Part shown: positions 62,301 to 64,000 of the stretch, in pieces
Layout: each line of letters begins with the position of its first letter
Position numbering within the stretch: position 1 is the stretch's first letter
Assembly: GCA_032718475.1 (NCBI GenBank)
Contig: JAUCBJ010009163.1
Coordinates: 164,836 to 228,835, forward strand
Direction: 5' to 3'
Source of the DNA: Nemertoderma westbladi
Lineage: Eukaryota; Animalia; Xenacoelomorpha
DNA length: 64,000 bases
Made by a program: the position numbers and the translations under genes
The notes under the pieces: generated by a model
Databases searched by the model: none
What the model was told of the DNA's origin: nothing
What the model saw: only the letters and a program-made list of their open reading frames with translations

Positions 62301-63029
62301 ACATTTTGTCAGATATTAATTTCAAGATAACTTAATGATAAGAAATGTTTAACTTTTGTGTGATATAATGGCAACGAAACACAGAATTACATACAACACA
62401 CTGGCCGGCCGTTGACACAGTTTTAAAAAATCCCACGTAACCCGAGAAAATGAAGCGTAAAATATATCGGGGTCGTTAACACACTCAACCTTTTCCCTTT
62501 CAAGTAAACTACTAACCTAACCTAACACCAATTAGCCTTTATGCCTATATATAGGGTCAGTCATTGGGGCGACGTCCTGTTGTGTGTCGGCAGACAGCCC
62601 CTACCAAACTACCGGTACAATGTCAGCCACTATTATGTAGTTTGTTTAGGTTTAATGAGTTTAAATTTTCCTCTCTTTACTGCTTTTTAAACGGCCCCAG
62701 ATATATTTTGCTCCAACGAACAATTATGCTTTGGCCCAATGCCACCTTTATGTAAACCTTTGTTCGATTCAAAAATTCACTCCGAAAGGGGTTGGCCTTT
62801 TTTCTACCGTCTTTCTTTCTTTTGTGTGACTACATATTACAGCGATTTAAACGATGTATAAAAAACATAACAAATTATGGCGACATCATTTTATAACTAT
62901 AATCTATAGTAGATTCCACATATTGAAAAATAATGTTGTTTCTCGTTGTCGGCGATATGTCGTTCATATTTGGTGATCGAAAAAGTAAGATATTAGTGGT
63001 TGATAATTATAATATAACTGTTCCGCTTA

Positions 63030-63110
63030 CAGTGGCGTAGCTGATGTTTGTGGCTGGGGGGGCCCTCCTCGATTTTGGCGCCACCCCCCCCCCCCCCCAC
63101 CTCCCCTTAG
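63030..63110. mobile_element. Possible single terminus of a hAT-type MITE
   Basis: CAGTGGCGTAGC followed by a G-run and a C-run, a common hAT-MITE end. No partner TIR lies in the window. Confidence 0.35.
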
Positions 63111-63451
63111 AAAAAATAATAAATTAATTGTACTTTTTGTGTGACTATTTTCTAGGCTACACAGTACAGTGTATGTTTGACAGAGTGCATCATAATCATA
63201 ATGGCACAACCCGTGCTTTGGCATGAGCGAATGAATTTATAACCGCCAACAGGCAGAAGTTGGAAGGAAGTAGAAAAATAAATGTTTTATTTTTGGAATA
63301 ACAAAAAGACACTTTAATAATTTTTTTCGATTTTTTCGAATTTTTTAATTTTTTTATCCACATCCTGGGTTGACCTGCGTCGATTGATATAACTTTCATT
63401 GACGGACGAACTATGGCTTCGGAGGAGTTAACCCGATATACATGCATACAT

Positions 63452-63859
63452 TACTACTACTACTACTAGGATCGGCATGCTGCATTGCAGCTGCATTTTT
63501 AAGAATGCTGTGCCCGCTTATCGACAAAATTGCACCACCACAACTCCCTATCACCCATGACATTTGCTAGATCATCCGCATCTTCAAGGCCAGTGTCCTT
63601 TAAGATGCGTCTCAAGAAAGTCATGGGCTGTCCACCATGCTTATTCACTCCATGAGGCTGCCAAAGTACAAGATTATGCACTGGCTGGTCCTCACGGCGA
63701 AAGCAATGTCCTGCAAAGCGGAGGCGATTTTGTTCTAGTGTCAAGCTTGGGGGAACCAATGAGACACCTCCAATGTTATATAGTGTCTGGTTGGAGATGT
63801 GTGCATTGTACTTGACACAATGAACCCGGCGTAGCATTCTTGTGAATGTGTATGTATGT
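63452..63859 (-). mobile_element. 5'-truncated RTE-like LINE copy with a (TAG)n tail and 10-bp TSD
   Basis: TSD ATGCATACAT at 63442-63451 and 63860-63869. It encodes FTRMLRRV...RLRFAGHCFRR...LVLWQP...DRELW, an RTE ORF2 C-terminus. Confidence 0.88.
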
Positions 63860-64000
63860 ATGCATACATACATACTGTACATAGTGAATACTTTTACAGT
63901 AAGTCCTAACGGTCTTCTAATAGGTTAAAACATAGCAAAGAAACATCGCTATTTGTATGCCATGAACAATAATTAGCCTATAAGGTGGTTGTATGTAATG

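Overview
AT-rich eukaryotic (animal-like) repeat-dense DNA. Positions 1-37848 are a ~415-bp tandem satellite. It is interrupted by a TTAA-flanked piggyBac-like MITE (5718-6969) and a ~13-kb BEL/Pao LTR retrotransposon (about 19605-32653) that has a recognisable PPT and 3' LTR but no 5' LTR. The retrotransposon is the most unusual object here. It has a very long Gag N-terminus and two arrays of short hairpins whose stems covary between the arrays. Where env would sit, it carries an ~818-aa ORF with a DnaQ/DEDDy-like 3'-5' exonuclease domain and three CCHC zinc knuckles. Decayed, divergent homologues of the knuckle region lie separately at 38755-39330, so this cargo looks like a family in the genome. 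The only clear host gene is a minus-strand ABCC4/MRP4-like transporter with two coding exons (53547-53314 and 46644-42968), one 1-nt frameshift and a 6.7-kb TE-filled intron. The rest is TE material: a Gypsy integrase relic, a CR1/L2-like endonuclease relic, an SGNH-esterase ORF, a Kolobok-like MITE, a full-length decayed RTE LINE, 3' fragments of a second RTE-like family and a tRNA-derived SINE. All family calls come from motif recognition by eye; no searches were run.
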